A stretch of DNA of 64,000 nt from an uncultured Actinomycetes bacterium (GTDB lineage Bacteria > Actinomycetota > Thermoleophilia > Solirubrobacterales > Solirubrobacteraceae). The notes under the pieces were generated by a model. The model searched no databases, was not told where the DNA came from, and saw only the letters and a list, made by a program, of their open reading frames with translations. The translations under genes and the position numbers were made by a program. The DNA lies in assembly GCA_963751065.1 (NCBI GenBank), contig CAVVTD010000008.1:4764-68763 (forward strand). The letters run 5' to 3'. Positions 1 to 9,457 of the stretch are shown one piece after another (the first letter of the stretch is position 1; every line of letters begins with the position of its first letter).

Positions 1-1
1 T

Positions 2-400
2 CCCCTCGCCAAGCAGTTGCTGGCCGAGATCGTCGCGGCCAATGCCCGCCACATGAACCTCTTCCGCGCACGGGCGATCGCGCACGGCGTCGACCCCGAC
101 GCCTACGTCGCGCCGCCCGAGGGCGAGGCGATCTACGAGCGCATCGAGATCATCTCCGACTTCGACGAGCTCGTCGCCTACGCCGCCGGCTCGCTGGACC
201 ACTTCGGCCAGCTGCTGGACACCTACGCCGCCGGTGCCACCGGCGAGGACGCGGCGACCGTCGCGACCGTCGCGGCCGACAACGACGCCGCGCGCGAGCG
301 CCTGGCCGCGCTCATGTCCGGGCCGCACTTCGCGGCCGTCGACGCGCACGAGCTCTACCGGCTGCGCGAGCTCGTCGAGACCGGAATGTATGTCGGCTGA
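2..400 (+). CDS. hypothetical helical protein, C-terminal part (5' end cut by window edge); possibly ferritin-like, unverified
   Basis: The frame is open from the first bases of the window to TGA at 398-400. The composition is protein-like (NARHMNLFRARAIAHGVDPDAY...ELYRLRELVETGMYVG), unlike off-frame Arg/Pro junk. The stop overlaps the ATG at 390 of the next gene. Confidence 0.5.
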   Translation, partial: PLAKQLLAEIVAANARHMNLFRARAIAHGVDPDAYVAPPEGEAIYERIEIISDFDELVAYAAGSLDHFGQLLDTYAAGATGEDAATVATVAADNDAARERLAALMSGPHFAAVDAHELYRLRELVETGMYVG

Positions 401-1271
401 GACCCTCGTCGCCGCCCGCCGGTTCGAGGCGCTGCGTACCGAGCTGCCGGCCGGCTCGCCGCGGGCGTGGCGCTACGGTGCGCTCGCGCTCGCCTCGCGG
501 GCGGCCGCCTGCGTGTCGGAGGGCACGCGGATCGGCCATCGCCACGGCTTTGATTCCGGACCCTTCATGGCCCACGTCTACGCCGACCGCGCGACGGGCC
601 GCACTCCGCTGGGCCGGCGGCTGGACCGCCGGCTGCTGGACCGCCCGACCTGCCAGGCCTTCCGCGACATCCGCGGCCTCGCCGAGGACGCCGTGAACGA
701 GGCGATCGAGGCCGCCGGCGAGCGCGCCGTCGTCGCCGACCTGGCGGCCGGCCCGAGCCCGTACCTGCTGCACGCGCTCACGCGCCATCCCGGCGCGAGC
801 GCGATCCTCTGCGACATCGACGAGGCCGCGCTGTCCCAGGCGTCCGCCGCCGCGCGCGAGCTCGGCGTCCAGGACCGCGTGAAGACCCGCAGGCTCAGCG
901 CATTCGACCGCGCCGCCGTCGAGGTCCTGCTCCCTCGGGTGGACGTCGTCTGCGAGCTGGGCCTGTACGGCATCTACCACGACGACGCGCTCATCGAGCG
1001 CCACTTCCTCGATCTCGCCGACTCCGCGGCGCCGGGCCAGATCGTCTGCAACGTGCAGGTCGAGAACCCGGAGATCGAGTACATCGCGCGGGTCTGGCGC
1101 AACGCCAAGGGCGAGCGCTGCGTATGGCGGCTGCGCCCGCTCGAGCAGATCGAGGGATACGCGCGGGCGGCCGGGTACGACACGGCGTCGGTGACCTCCG
1201 ACCGCAACGGCATCTATCGCGTCATCCGATTCGTCCGGCGCGACGCCGCGCGGGAGAGGGCCGCCGCATGA
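390..1271 (+). CDS. class I SAM-dependent methyltransferase
   Basis: ATG 390 overlaps the upstream stop. It has a Rossmann-type SAM-binding region (VVADLAAGPSPYLL, ILCDIDEAAL, VVCELGLYGIY). The stop overlaps the next ATG (ATGA at 1268-1271). Confidence 0.75.
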   Translation: MSAETLVAARRFEALRTELPAGSPRAWRYGALALASRAAACVSEGTRIGHRHGFDSGPFMAHVYADRATGRTPLGRRLDRRLLDRPTCQAFRDIRGLAEDAVNEAIEAAGERAVVADLAAGPSPYLLHALTRHPGASAILCDIDEAALSQASAAARELGVQDRVKTRRLSAFDRAAVEVLLPRVDVVCELGLYGIYHDDALIERHFLDLADSAAPGQIVCNVQVENPEIEYIARVWRNAKGERCVWRLRPLEQIEGYARAAGYDTASVTSDRNGIYRVIRFVRRDAARERAAA

Positions 1272-2630
1272 GCTCGTCCGTCCTCACCTGGGGCACCGAC
1301 CCCGGCAGCACGCCGCAGCTGGCCTCCGAGCGCCTCGTCGCGCTCGAGCGCTCGCACCACGCGATGTGGAACTACCTCACGTACCGCGACGCGATCGGCA
1401 TCGTCGGCATCGATCCCGCGCAGCTGTACCCGGGCGGGACGACGCGCCTGGATCCCGCGACGTGGGCCGACCTCGGCTGGCTGACGTGCTTCGCCGGCCC
1501 GCCGGCCAGCGCCGTCGCCGCCATGCGCGACGCGGTCACCGCCGAGCACCTCAACCAGTACAGCCCCGACCTCATCGAGCCGCTGCGCGAAGCGGCGGCC
1601 GGCGTGCTCGGCCGCGCCCGCGACGACGACTTCGAGGTCATCGGCACCGAGGGCGCACAGGCCGGCATCGCGTTGTCGCTCATGGCGGTCGCCGGCCCCG
1701 GCGACGAGGTCATCCTCTCGGACCCGGGCTACTTCCACGTGCCGTCGGCGGTCATCGCGACGGGCGCCGTACCCGTCACTGTCCCGATCGACGCCGCCAA
1801 CGGGTTTCGCCTCGACCCCGACGTCGTGGCCGCCGCGATCACCCCGCGCACGCGGGCGATCGTCATCGTCGATCCGCTCAACCCGTTCGGGACCGTGCAG
1901 ACCGAGGACGAGCTCGCCGCCCTGGCGCGGCTGGCCGACGAGCACGACCTCCTGCTCATCCACGACGTCACGCACGGGTCGCTCGTCATCGATCCCGACG
2001 TGCCGTTCCGCTCGCTGCCCGCGCTGGAGCTGACCGACAACGCCGTGGCCACGTTCTCGGTCTCGCACTGCTTCGGGATGGCCGGGCGCGCGGATCGGCT
2101 TCCTCGCCGGGCCTTCGCGCCTCATGCGCAGCTGCCTGCGCCTGAAGGCCGCGCTGACGCGGCTGAACACGAGCCTGCCCGCCCAGCACGGCGCGCTCGC
2201 GGCGCTGCGCGACGCCGACTACCTCGCCCACGCCCAGGGCATCGTGCGCCGCAACCTCACCCACCTGAAGGGCACGCTGGCCGGCATCGACGGCCTGCAG
2301 CTCACGACGTCTCCCGTCCGCGGGCTGGCCTGCGCGCTGGACACGTCCGGCGCGGGCGTCACCTCCCAGGAGCTCATGGTCGCCCTGTTCGCGCGCCGCG
2401 TCGCCACCTATCCCGGCGACGGCATGGGCACGACCGGCGCGGCGACGACGCTGCGGCTGAACCTCTCGCGCCCCGACCCATGGGCGATGGACCACCTGCG
2501 CGACACGCTGCCCGAGGCGATCGCCGAGGCGGCATCGGGGCGCTGGCGCGAGCCGGTCGCGGCGCTGCTGGACAGCAAGGGCACGCCGCGAGCGATCGAT
2601 CTCGCCGCGACGATCCGAGGCGGGCCGGTC
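1268..2630 (+). pseudogene. fold-type I (class I/II) aminotransferase-like segment, frame-broken near 2085-2092; continues in frame into the decarboxylase segment
   Basis: Aminotransferase blocks are present: GTEGAQAG, SDPGYF, IVDPLNPFG, LLIHDVTHG. FSVSHCFGMAG is in the frame of 1268 and RIGFLAGPSRLM is in the frame of 2124, a +1 shift between them. The residue at the Schiff-base Lys position of the SxSK block is His (cac). Confidence 0.7.
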
Positions 2631-3854
2631 ATGAGCGTCGCGGCGCTGCTCGCCGAGCACGGCTCGCCGCTGTGGCTCGCCGACGTCGATCGGGCGCGCG
2701 ACCGGCTGGCCGGCCTGCGCGCGGCGTGGACGGCCGTGTGGGCCGACACCGAGATCGCCTACTCCTACAAGACGAACCGCACGCCGGCGTTCCTGCGCGC
2801 CTTCGCCGAGGAGGGCGCCGGCGCCGAGGTCGTGTGCGCCGCCGAGTACGCGCTGGCGCGCAACGTCGTCGGCATCGCGGGCCCGCGGATCACGGTCAAC
2901 GGACCGGCCAAGCCCGACGCGCTGCTGGCGCGGGCGGCCGCCGACGGGGCTTTGGTGATCGCCGACAGCGCGGCGGAGCTCGAGCGCCTGGCGCTGGCGG
3001 GCGTCGCGCGCGCGGGGCTGCGCGTCGGCCTGCCCGGGCCCGAGGGCACGCCGAGCCGCTTCGGCATCCCGCCGGCGCAGGTCGTCGCCGCAGGCCGGCG
3101 CGCCCGCGATCTCGGCCTGACGCTCGAGGTGCTGCACGTCCATCTCGTCTCGACCGACTTCAGGGCGCAGCTCGGCGCGCCCGGCACCGGCACGCTCGCG
3201 GCGAACGTCCGGGTCGGCTGGGCCAAGGCCCCGGCCGTCCACGCGCACGCCGCGTCGCTGCTGGCTGGCCTGGCCGCCGAGCTCGGCGGCGTCGATGCGA
3301 TCGACATCGGCGGCGGCATCCCCGCCGCGCCCTCGCCGGCGGCGGACCGCCACGCGGCGGTGGTGGCCGATGCGCTGCACGCCGCCGGCTTCACCGGCCG
3401 TCTCATGCTCGAGCCGGGCCGCGCGCTCGTCGCCGACGCCGTCGACCTCGCGATGACCGTCGTCGCGGTCAAGACGCTCGCCGACGGCAGCCCCTGCGCC
3501 GTGCTCGACGCGGGCACGAACCTGCTGCCCGGCACCCTGTGGGCGTGGCCGCGGCTAGAGGCCTTGCAGCCGCGGGCGGGCGGGACGGCATCCGCGCCCA
3601 CACTCATTGCCGGCCCGCTGTGCCTGAACATCGACGTCGTCGCACCGGCCGCCGCGCTCGGCGAGCTCGCCGTCGGCGACGTGCTCATGGCCCGCGACGT
3701 CGGCGCCTACCAGCAGGTCCAGTCGACCGAGTTCGGCGACCTACGGCCGGCCGTCGTCGCACGCGACGGCGGCACCTGGCGTCTGCATCGCAGGCGCGAA
3801 GAGCTTTCAGACCTGATCCATTTCGACCGAGAGGAAGCACCATGGAGCGCGTAG
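2631..3854 (+). CDS. Orn/DAP/Arg decarboxylase family (fold-type III PLP) segment
   Basis: Motifs seen: YSYKTN (PLP Lys), VVCAAEYALA, DIGGGIP, LEPGRALVA, GPLCLNID, VGAYQ. No stop separates it from the aminotransferase-like segment in this frame (ORF 2124..3854). It may therefore be the C-terminal half of one fusion protein of about 860 aa. ATG 2631 is only the first internal Met. Confidence 0.75.
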   Translation: MSVAALLAEHGSPLWLADVDRARDRLAGLRAAWTAVWADTEIAYSYKTNRTPAFLRAFAEEGAGAEVVCAAEYALARNVVGIAGPRITVNGPAKPDALLARAAADGALVIADSAAELERLALAGVARAGLRVGLPGPEGTPSRFGIPPAQVVAAGRRARDLGLTLEVLHVHLVSTDFRAQLGAPGTGTLAANVRVGWAKAPAVHAHAASLLAGLAAELGGVDAIDIGGGIPAAPSPAADRHAAVVADALHAAGFTGRLMLEPGRALVADAVDLAMTVVAVKTLADGSPCAVLDAGTNLLPGTLWAWPRLEALQPRAGGTASAPTLIAGPLCLNIDVVAPAAALGELAVGDVLMARDVGAYQQVQSTEFGDLRPAVVARDGGTWRLHRRREELSDLIHFDREEAPWSA

Positions 3855-5194
3855 TCGTCATCGGCGGAGGCGGCGCGGGGACGGCGGCCGCGACCATCAC
3901 GAAGCGCCTGAACCCCGATCTCAAGGTGAGCGTCTTCACCGAGTTCTCCGACATCGCCTACTCGCCGTGCGGCATCCCGTTCGTCCACGGTCGCGAGATC
4001 CCGAGCTTCGACGACCTGTTCCTGTCGACCGTCGAGCGCTACCGCGAGGACGGCCTGGACATGCGCATGGAGACGGTCGTCACCGACATCGACCTCGACC
4101 GGCGCACGATCACGACGAAGAACCAGCCCGAGGGCTTCGACCAGCTCATCCTGTGCACCGGCTTCTTCTGGGAGCAGCCCGACGTTCCCGGCGTGAACCT
4201 CGACGGCATCCACTACGTCAAGGACATCCGCAAGTCGATGGAGTTCGACAAGCAACTGGACTCGATGAAGCGGATCGTCGTCGTCGGCGCCGGACCGGTC
4301 GGCGTCGAGATGGCCGGCGGCCTCGCCCACCGCGGGCTGCAGGTCGACCTCGTCGACGAGGGGCCGTGGGTGCTGCACGAGATCCTCGACCCCGACGTCG
4401 CCAAGCCCGTCCACGACTCGCTCGAAGCGCGCGGCGTGACGCTGCACCTCGGCACGAAGACCGAGTCCTTCGAGGGCAACGCCGACGGCCATGTCAACGC
4501 GGTCGTGACCAGCGACGGCACGCTCGAGTGCGACGCGGTCGTGACCGGCCTGCACAAGGTCCCAAACACGAAGCTCGCCGAGGCCGCGGGGCTGAAGCTC
4601 GGCACGACCGGCGCGGTCAGCGTCGACGACCACATGCGCACGTCGGCCCCCGGCGTCTGGGCGGCAGGCGACGTCGTCGAGATCCCGCACGGCCTGAACA
4701 TGATCCCGATCGTCGGGCTCACCGGCGCGCACGCGTACGCGCAAGGCCGCGTCGCCGCGGTGAACATCACCGGCGGCGACCTCGCCTACGACCCGGTCTG
4801 GGTGCCGTGGGGGATGGTCGCCGGCGACTACACGATCGGCGGCTTCTCGATGGGCGAGAACCTCGCCAAGTCGATCGGCATCCCCTACGTGCTGGCCAAG
4901 GGCGTCGGCATCACGAAGGCCCGCTACTACCCGGGCGCCCAGAAGACGTTCGTCAAGCTGCTCGCCGAGCCGGACACGCTGCGCCTCATCGGCGGCGTCA
5001 TCCACGGCGGCGAGGGCGTCAAGGAGCGCTGCGACTTCCTCGCGTTCGCGGCGAAGCGCGGCGCCACGCTCTACGACCTCGCGTACATGGAGAACATCTA
5101 CTCGCCGCCGATCGGCGCCCTGTTCGAGCCGATCCAGATCGCCGCGCAGAACGCGCTGGCCGAGCAGCGCCAGAACAAGCTGGCGGTCGCATGA
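3842..5194 (+). CDS. FAD-dependent pyridine nucleotide-disulfide oxidoreductase, CoA-disulfide reductase/NADH oxidase family
   Basis: Motifs seen: VVVIGGGGAGTAAA (FAD GxGxxG), AYSPCGIPF (redox Cys block of the Nox/CoADR family), VVVGAGPVGVEMAG (NAD(P) fold), WAAGDV. The ATG overlaps the upstream gene by 13 nt. Confidence 0.85.
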   Translation: MERVVVIGGGGAGTAAATITKRLNPDLKVSVFTEFSDIAYSPCGIPFVHGREIPSFDDLFLSTVERYREDGLDMRMETVVTDIDLDRRTITTKNQPEGFDQLILCTGFFWEQPDVPGVNLDGIHYVKDIRKSMEFDKQLDSMKRIVVVGAGPVGVEMAGGLAHRGLQVDLVDEGPWVLHEILDPDVAKPVHDSLEARGVTLHLGTKTESFEGNADGHVNAVVTSDGTLECDAVVTGLHKVPNTKLAEAAGLKLGTTGAVSVDDHMRTSAPGVWAAGDVVEIPHGLNMIPIVGLTGAHAYAQGRVAAVNITGGDLAYDPVWVPWGMVAGDYTIGGFSMGENLAKSIGIPYVLAKGVGITKARYYPGAQKTFVKLLAEPDTLRLIGGVIHGGEGVKERCDFLAFAAKRGATLYDLAYMENIYSPPIGALFEPIQIAAQNALAEQRQNKLAVA

Positions 5195-5541
5195 TGAGCG
5201 GGCTGACCAACGCCAAGCGCAACCTGCGCAAGCGCTCGGAGGAGCACCTGCGCCTCGCGGTGCTCAGCGAGATCGGGCGCGATCAGCCGTCGACGGTCGA
5301 GCCGTACAAGGAGAAGGGCGGGCGGCTGTGGGGCTCGCTGTTCGTCCCCGTGTACCGGCGCGTGCCGTGGAAGGCGAAGGAGAAGGCGATGGGCGCGCTC
5401 GGCATGACCGCGTCGGGCTGGAAGGCGCCGTCGCGCAAGCCCGGCGAGCCGTGGCGCCCGCCGGCCGACATGGCCGACCGGGTGCAGGCCATGGCGAAGG
5501 CGCCCGCGCGCGAGTCCGCCCGGGTCGATTCCGACTCCTAG
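5191..5541 (+). CDS. hypothetical small basic protein
   Basis: ATGA overlap with the oxidoreductase stop (5191-5194). The 116-aa Lys/Arg-rich sequence (MMSGLTNAKRNLRKRSEEHL...) has no motif I recognise. Confidence 0.45.
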   Translation: MMSGLTNAKRNLRKRSEEHLRLAVLSEIGRDQPSTVEPYKEKGGRLWGSLFVPVYRRVPWKAKEKAMGALGMTASGWKAPSRKPGEPWRPPADMADRVQAMAKAPARESARVDSDS

Positions 5542-5735
5542 CACGTCGCCCGTGACGCGCCGAGTCCGGATATCGGACCTAGCGCGTCCACGAGCCGGCA
5601 TGCAGGACACCGCCGACCGACCCGCTGGAGGTCCGGCTCGCTGACGGGTGGCCTCGCGCGCGACGACCGCAACAGCAGCGAAAGTACGGCACCGCCGACG
5701 TGCGGCCCTCGTTCGGAATGGGCAGGGCGTAGGGC

Positions 5736-6260
5736 ATGGCGAGCAAGCCCTCGGAACGGTTCGTGTGGGCCGTGGACACCCTGGCGCTCGACCCAGCCGA
5801 TCGCGTGCTGGAGGTCGGCTGCGGACACGGCGTGGCGGTTTCGCTGGTCTGCGAGCGGCTGATCAGCGGACGGATCACCGCCATCGATCGCTCGCAGAGG
5901 ATGATTGAGATGGCCGCGCGTAGGAATCGCGAGCACATCGCGGGAGGCAGGGCGGTGCTGAAGACGGCCGCGCTCGAGGAGGCGGACTTCGGAAACGAGC
6001 GCTTTGACAAGGTCTTCGCCTTCAACGTCGCGCCCTTCTGGCTTCAGCCGAAGGACGCGCTGGGGATCGTCCGGCGGAATCTGGCCCCCGATGGAGAGGT
6101 CTATCTCTTCTGGGACGCTCGACACACGGACCCCGGCCGAGCCCGCGACCTGGCGGGTCGGCTGAGCGAAAAGATCCGGCTGGCCAGGTTCTCCGTGAAC
6201 GACGTGCTGATCAAGGACCTGCGCCCGGTTCCCGCGGTTTGCGTGATCGGGCGGCCCTAA
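5736..6260 (+). CDS. class I SAM-dependent methyltransferase
   Basis: Motif I VLEVGCGHGV, then ITAIDRSQRMIE and FDKVFAFNV. 174 aa. Confidence 0.8.
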   Translation: MASKPSERFVWAVDTLALDPADRVLEVGCGHGVAVSLVCERLISGRITAIDRSQRMIEMAARRNREHIAGGRAVLKTAALEEADFGNERFDKVFAFNVAPFWLQPKDALGIVRRNLAPDGEVYLFWDARHTDPGRARDLAGRLSEKIRLARFSVNDVLIKDLRPVPAVCVIGRP

Positions 6261-6316
6261 GGCGTGCAGCTAGGGCCGACGCGATGAGTTCACGCGACGG
6301 GGTGGGTCTGTACGTC

Positions 6317-6874
6317 ATGAGCGAGAGAAAAGTAGTTCTCAAGATGGTGATGTCCCTCGACGGTTTTGCCACCAGTCTCGACGGGACTCATGAATGGATG
6401 TTCGAGTGGTTCGGCGACGACTCGAGTGAGCGGAGCCTCCGCGCGCTGGAGGAGGCCGGCGTTCACGCGATGGGCCGACGCAGCTACGAGATCATGGGCC
6501 CGCACTGGGCCGCGTCCGAGGGGCCGATCGCAACCGCGATGAACGAGAAGCCGAAGGCTGTCTTCTCCCGTACCCTGCAGACGGCGCAATGGGGACCGGC
6601 GGAGATCTTCGGCGGGGACCTGAGCGCGGCGATCGTGGACCTGAAGACCCGCAACGACGACGGGACGGTCCTGGTTCATGGCGGTCCCGACTTGGCCAAA
6701 TCGCTGACGCGCCTGGGCCTCGTCGACGAGTACCACCTGTCAACGGTGCCGATCGCGATCGGCGCGGGCCACAGCCCATTCGCCGAGCTGGATGAGCACC
6801 TCAAGCTCGACGTCGTCGAAGAGCAGCGCTTCCGAAGCGGAGCCCTCGCGCAGATCCTGGTGCCCAAGCCCTGA
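6317..6874 (+). CDS. dihydrofolate reductase family protein (RibD C-terminal domain type)
   Basis: Blocks seen: KVVLKMVMSLDGFATSLDG, MGRRSYE, VHGGPDLAKSL, DEYHLSTVPIAIGAG. Start chosen at ATG 6317; 6284 or 6239 are possible alternatives. Confidence 0.8.
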   Translation: MSERKVVLKMVMSLDGFATSLDGTHEWMFEWFGDDSSERSLRALEEAGVHAMGRRSYEIMGPHWAASEGPIATAMNEKPKAVFSRTLQTAQWGPAEIFGGDLSAAIVDLKTRNDDGTVLVHGGPDLAKSLTRLGLVDEYHLSTVPIAIGAGHSPFAELDEHLKLDVVEEQRFRSGALAQILVPKP

Positions 6875-7010
6875 GCGACCGCCATGAGCGTTGCCCTACG
6901 GCCCCGGGATCGTTCCGGCAGCGGTTCAGATGTGACATGTGCGCCCACGGCACCGCAGCCGACAGGCCGGGACCTCCGGCGGACCGGCCGGCTCGTAGTC
7001 TGCAGCGCGC

Positions 7011-8201
7011 ATGAGCCCGCTGCAGATCCTCCATCGCGATCCCGGCTCGCTCGCGCGCGCCGCGATCCTGCGCACGGCCCACGGGGAGATCCGCACGCCG
7101 GCCTTCGTCCCGCTGGCCACGAAGGCGACGGTCAAGGGCCTCCAGGCGCGCGAGGTCGCGGCGCTGGGCTACGACATGGTGCTCGGCAACACGTTCCATC
7201 TCTTCCTCGACCCGGGCGCCGAGCTCGTCGAGCACTTCGGCGGGCTGCACGACTTCATGGGCTGGCAGCACCCGATCATCACCGACTCCGGCGGCTTTCA
7301 GGTCTTCAGCATGGGCTACGGCACCGTCGCCGACGAGATCAAGGGACGGGCGCCGAGCGGGCCGGACCGCATGGGGCGCGTGCTTTCGATCGGGGAGGAG
7401 GGCGTGCGGTTTCGCTCCTACATCGAGGGCTCGGAGCGCTTCATCGGCCCGGAGACCTCGATGGAGGTGCAGGCCAAGCTCGGCTCGGACATCGCGCTCG
7501 TCTTCGACGAGTGCACACCGTTTCACGTCGACCGCGAGTACACCGCGCGCTCGACCGAGCGCACGCACCGCTGGCTGGACCGCTGCCTGGCCTGGCACGA
7601 AACCCACGGGCCGCAGGACCAGCTCGTCTACGGGATCATCCAGGGCGGCGTCTACGAGGACCTGCGCATCGAGTCCACGCAGGCGATCGCCGCCCGGCCG
7701 GTGGACGGGATCGCGATCGGCGGCTCGCTCGGCGCCGACAAGGCGCAGATGTACGAGGTCGTCGGCTGGGCGACCGCCGCGCTCGCCGGCGACGAGCGCC
7801 CGCGCCACCTGCTCGGCATCGGCGACGTCGACGACCTCATCCGCGGCGTCGAGCTCGGCGTCGACACGTTCGACTGCGCGATGCCGACGCGCCTGGGCCG
7901 CCACGGTGTGGCGATCGTCAACGACCCCGAGCATCGCTGGCGCGTCGACCTCACCGCCGCCCGCCACAAGCTGTCCGACGAGCCGATCATGGAGGGCTGC
8001 CCGTGCCCGGCCTGCAGCGGAGGGCACTCGCGCGGCTACCTGCGTTACCTCGTCAAGAACAAGGAGCTGACCGGCGCGCGGCTGCTGACGCTGCACAACC
8101 TCGCGTACATCGCGCGCCTCATGGCGGGCCTGCGCGCGGCGATCGCGGCCGGCACGCTGGCCGAGCACGCCGCCGCGCTGCGCGCCGGCGCAGCGCCCTG
8201 A
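7011..8201 (+). CDS. tgt: tRNA-guanine transglycosylase (queuine tRNA-ribosyltransferase)
   Basis: Blocks seen: LGNTFHL, TDSGGFQVFS, LLGIGDVDD, FDCAMPTR, and the zinc motif CPCPAC..H. Confidence 0.95.
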   Translation: MSPLQILHRDPGSLARAAILRTAHGEIRTPAFVPLATKATVKGLQAREVAALGYDMVLGNTFHLFLDPGAELVEHFGGLHDFMGWQHPIITDSGGFQVFSMGYGTVADEIKGRAPSGPDRMGRVLSIGEEGVRFRSYIEGSERFIGPETSMEVQAKLGSDIALVFDECTPFHVDREYTARSTERTHRWLDRCLAWHETHGPQDQLVYGIIQGGVYEDLRIESTQAIAARPVDGIAIGGSLGADKAQMYEVVGWATAALAGDERPRHLLGIGDVDDLIRGVELGVDTFDCAMPTRLGRHGVAIVNDPEHRWRVDLTAARHKLSDEPIMEGCPCPACSGGHSRGYLRYLVKNKELTGARLLTLHNLAYIARLMAGLRAAIAAGTLAEHAAALRAGAAP

Positions 8202-8212
8202 GCCCGCCGCGC

Positions 8213-9457
8213 TCAGCGCGTGTTGTCGTCGATCAGTGTGTTCATCTGATCGCTGACCTCGCCGGTGTTGTCGCCGTCGACCGGTGAGAGCTTGACCGAC
8301 GAGCCGCCCTGCGAGCTGCCGATCGCGAAGGCGATCGCGACCACGAGCAGCGCGGCGAGGAGCAGGCCGCCGACGAGCCTGCCCGTGCCACCGCGCTTGC
8401 GCGCCGGCTCGCGGTCGCGCCGCGAGGGCGGGATCTCGGGGATCGGCTCGTACTCCACGGGCGGCAGGCCGCCGGGCGGCGGCGACGGCTGCAGTCGCTT
8501 GGCGACGCGCGGCGGCGGCGGCGTGGCGGCGCGCGACGGCGCGGTGCGCTCGTGACGGGAGATCATCGACGTCGCCGCGGTGGCATCGTCGTCGGGGGGC
8601 GCTGCGGCCCCGCCGGTGCCCGACGGCGCGATTCCGCGCGCGCCGTCGTGCAGCGCGCGGCGCATCGCCTCGGCGTCGTCGTAGCGCTGCCCGGGCTCGA
8701 GCGCCAGCGCCCGCTCGACCGCGATCGCCAGCGCGGCGGGCACCTCGGGCGCGATCTCGTCCAGGCGGATCGGGTACTCGCGCTGTTGCAGCATCGCCAG
8801 CTCCGTCAAGGAGCCGGCCTCGTAGGGCAGCCGCCCGGCCAGCAGCTGGTAGGTCACGACGCCGAGCCCGTACTGGTCGGCCGCCGGGCCGACCTCGGCG
8901 CCGCTGGCCTGCTCGGGCGCGAGGTACGCCGCGGTGCCGAGCACGGAGCCGGCCTGGGTGATCTGCGACGTCTGGCCGACCGCCTTGGCGATACCGAAGT
9001 CGGCGAGCTTCACGGCGCCGTCGTCGGAGCGCAGGATGTTGCCCGGCTTGACGTCGCGGTGGATGACGCCCATCCGGTGGGCGTGCACGAGCCCGCGGCA
9101 GGCGCCGTCGACGAGCTCGAGCGTGTCGGCGACGCCGAGGCGCGTCTCCTCGCGGATGATCTCCGCGCCCGAGCGGCCGTGGATGTACTCCATGACGATG
9201 TAGTAGCGCCCGCTCGCCTCGTCGAGGCCGAAGTCGAAGACCTGCACGATGTTCGGATGCACGAGGCGCGCGGCCGACAGCGCCTCGCGGCGAAAGCGCG
9301 AGATGAACTGGCTGTCGTCGGCGAGGTGCTCGGCGAGGAGCTTGACGGCGACCTGGCGCTCCAGCCGGCGGTCGGTCGCGACCTGGACGGTCGACATGCC
9401 GCCGTAGCCGAGCCGCTCGCCGAGCTCGTAACGGTTGGCGATGACGTCGTTATTCAT
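8213..9457 (-). CDS. Ser/Thr protein kinase with C-terminal Pro-rich linker and one TM helix
   Basis: Hanks motifs are present: GYGGMSTV, VAVKLL, HRDVKPGNIL, ADFGIAKA, YLAPEQ. A TM segment (LVGGLLLAALLVVAIAFAIG) lies near the C-terminus. Confidence 0.9.
   Translation of the reverse strand: MNNDVIANRYELGERLGYGGMSTVQVATDRRLERQVAVKLLAEHLADDSQFISRFRREALSAARLVHPNIVQVFDFGLDEASGRYYIVMEYIHGRSGAEIIREETRLGVADTLELVDGACRGLVHAHRMGVIHRDVKPGNILRSDDGAVKLADFGIAKAVGQTSQITQAGSVLGTAAYLAPEQASGAEVGPAADQYGLGVVTYQLLAGRLPYEAGSLTELAMLQQREYPIRLDEIAPEVPAALAIAVERALALEPGQRYDDAEAMRRALHDGARGIAPSGTGGAAAPPDDDATAATSMISRHERTAPSRAATPPPPRVAKRLQPSPPPGGLPPVEYEPIPEIPPSRRDREPARKRGGTGRLVGGLLLAALLVVAIAFAIGSSQGGSSVKLSPVDGDNTGEVSDQMNTLIDDNTR

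Noticed and set aside
2631-2634. ATGA at the start of the decarboxylase domain as evidence for two coupled genes rather than a fusion
   Set aside because: The TGA is in a frame whose upstream translation is junk (PRRHRGAGASRSRRCWTARARRERS...). The frame carrying the aminotransferase C-terminus runs straight through. I therefore treat the ATGA as coincidental, pending resequencing.
1124-5194. Single 1356-aa ORF spanning four genes
   Set aside because: Only its 1268-~2090 and 3842-5194 portions read as real proteins. The middle is Arg/Ala/Pro/Gly-rich nonsense (RRARGAARRRLPRPRPGHRAPQ...). It lies over a convincing decarboxylase in another frame. The missing stop codons are a GC-content effect.
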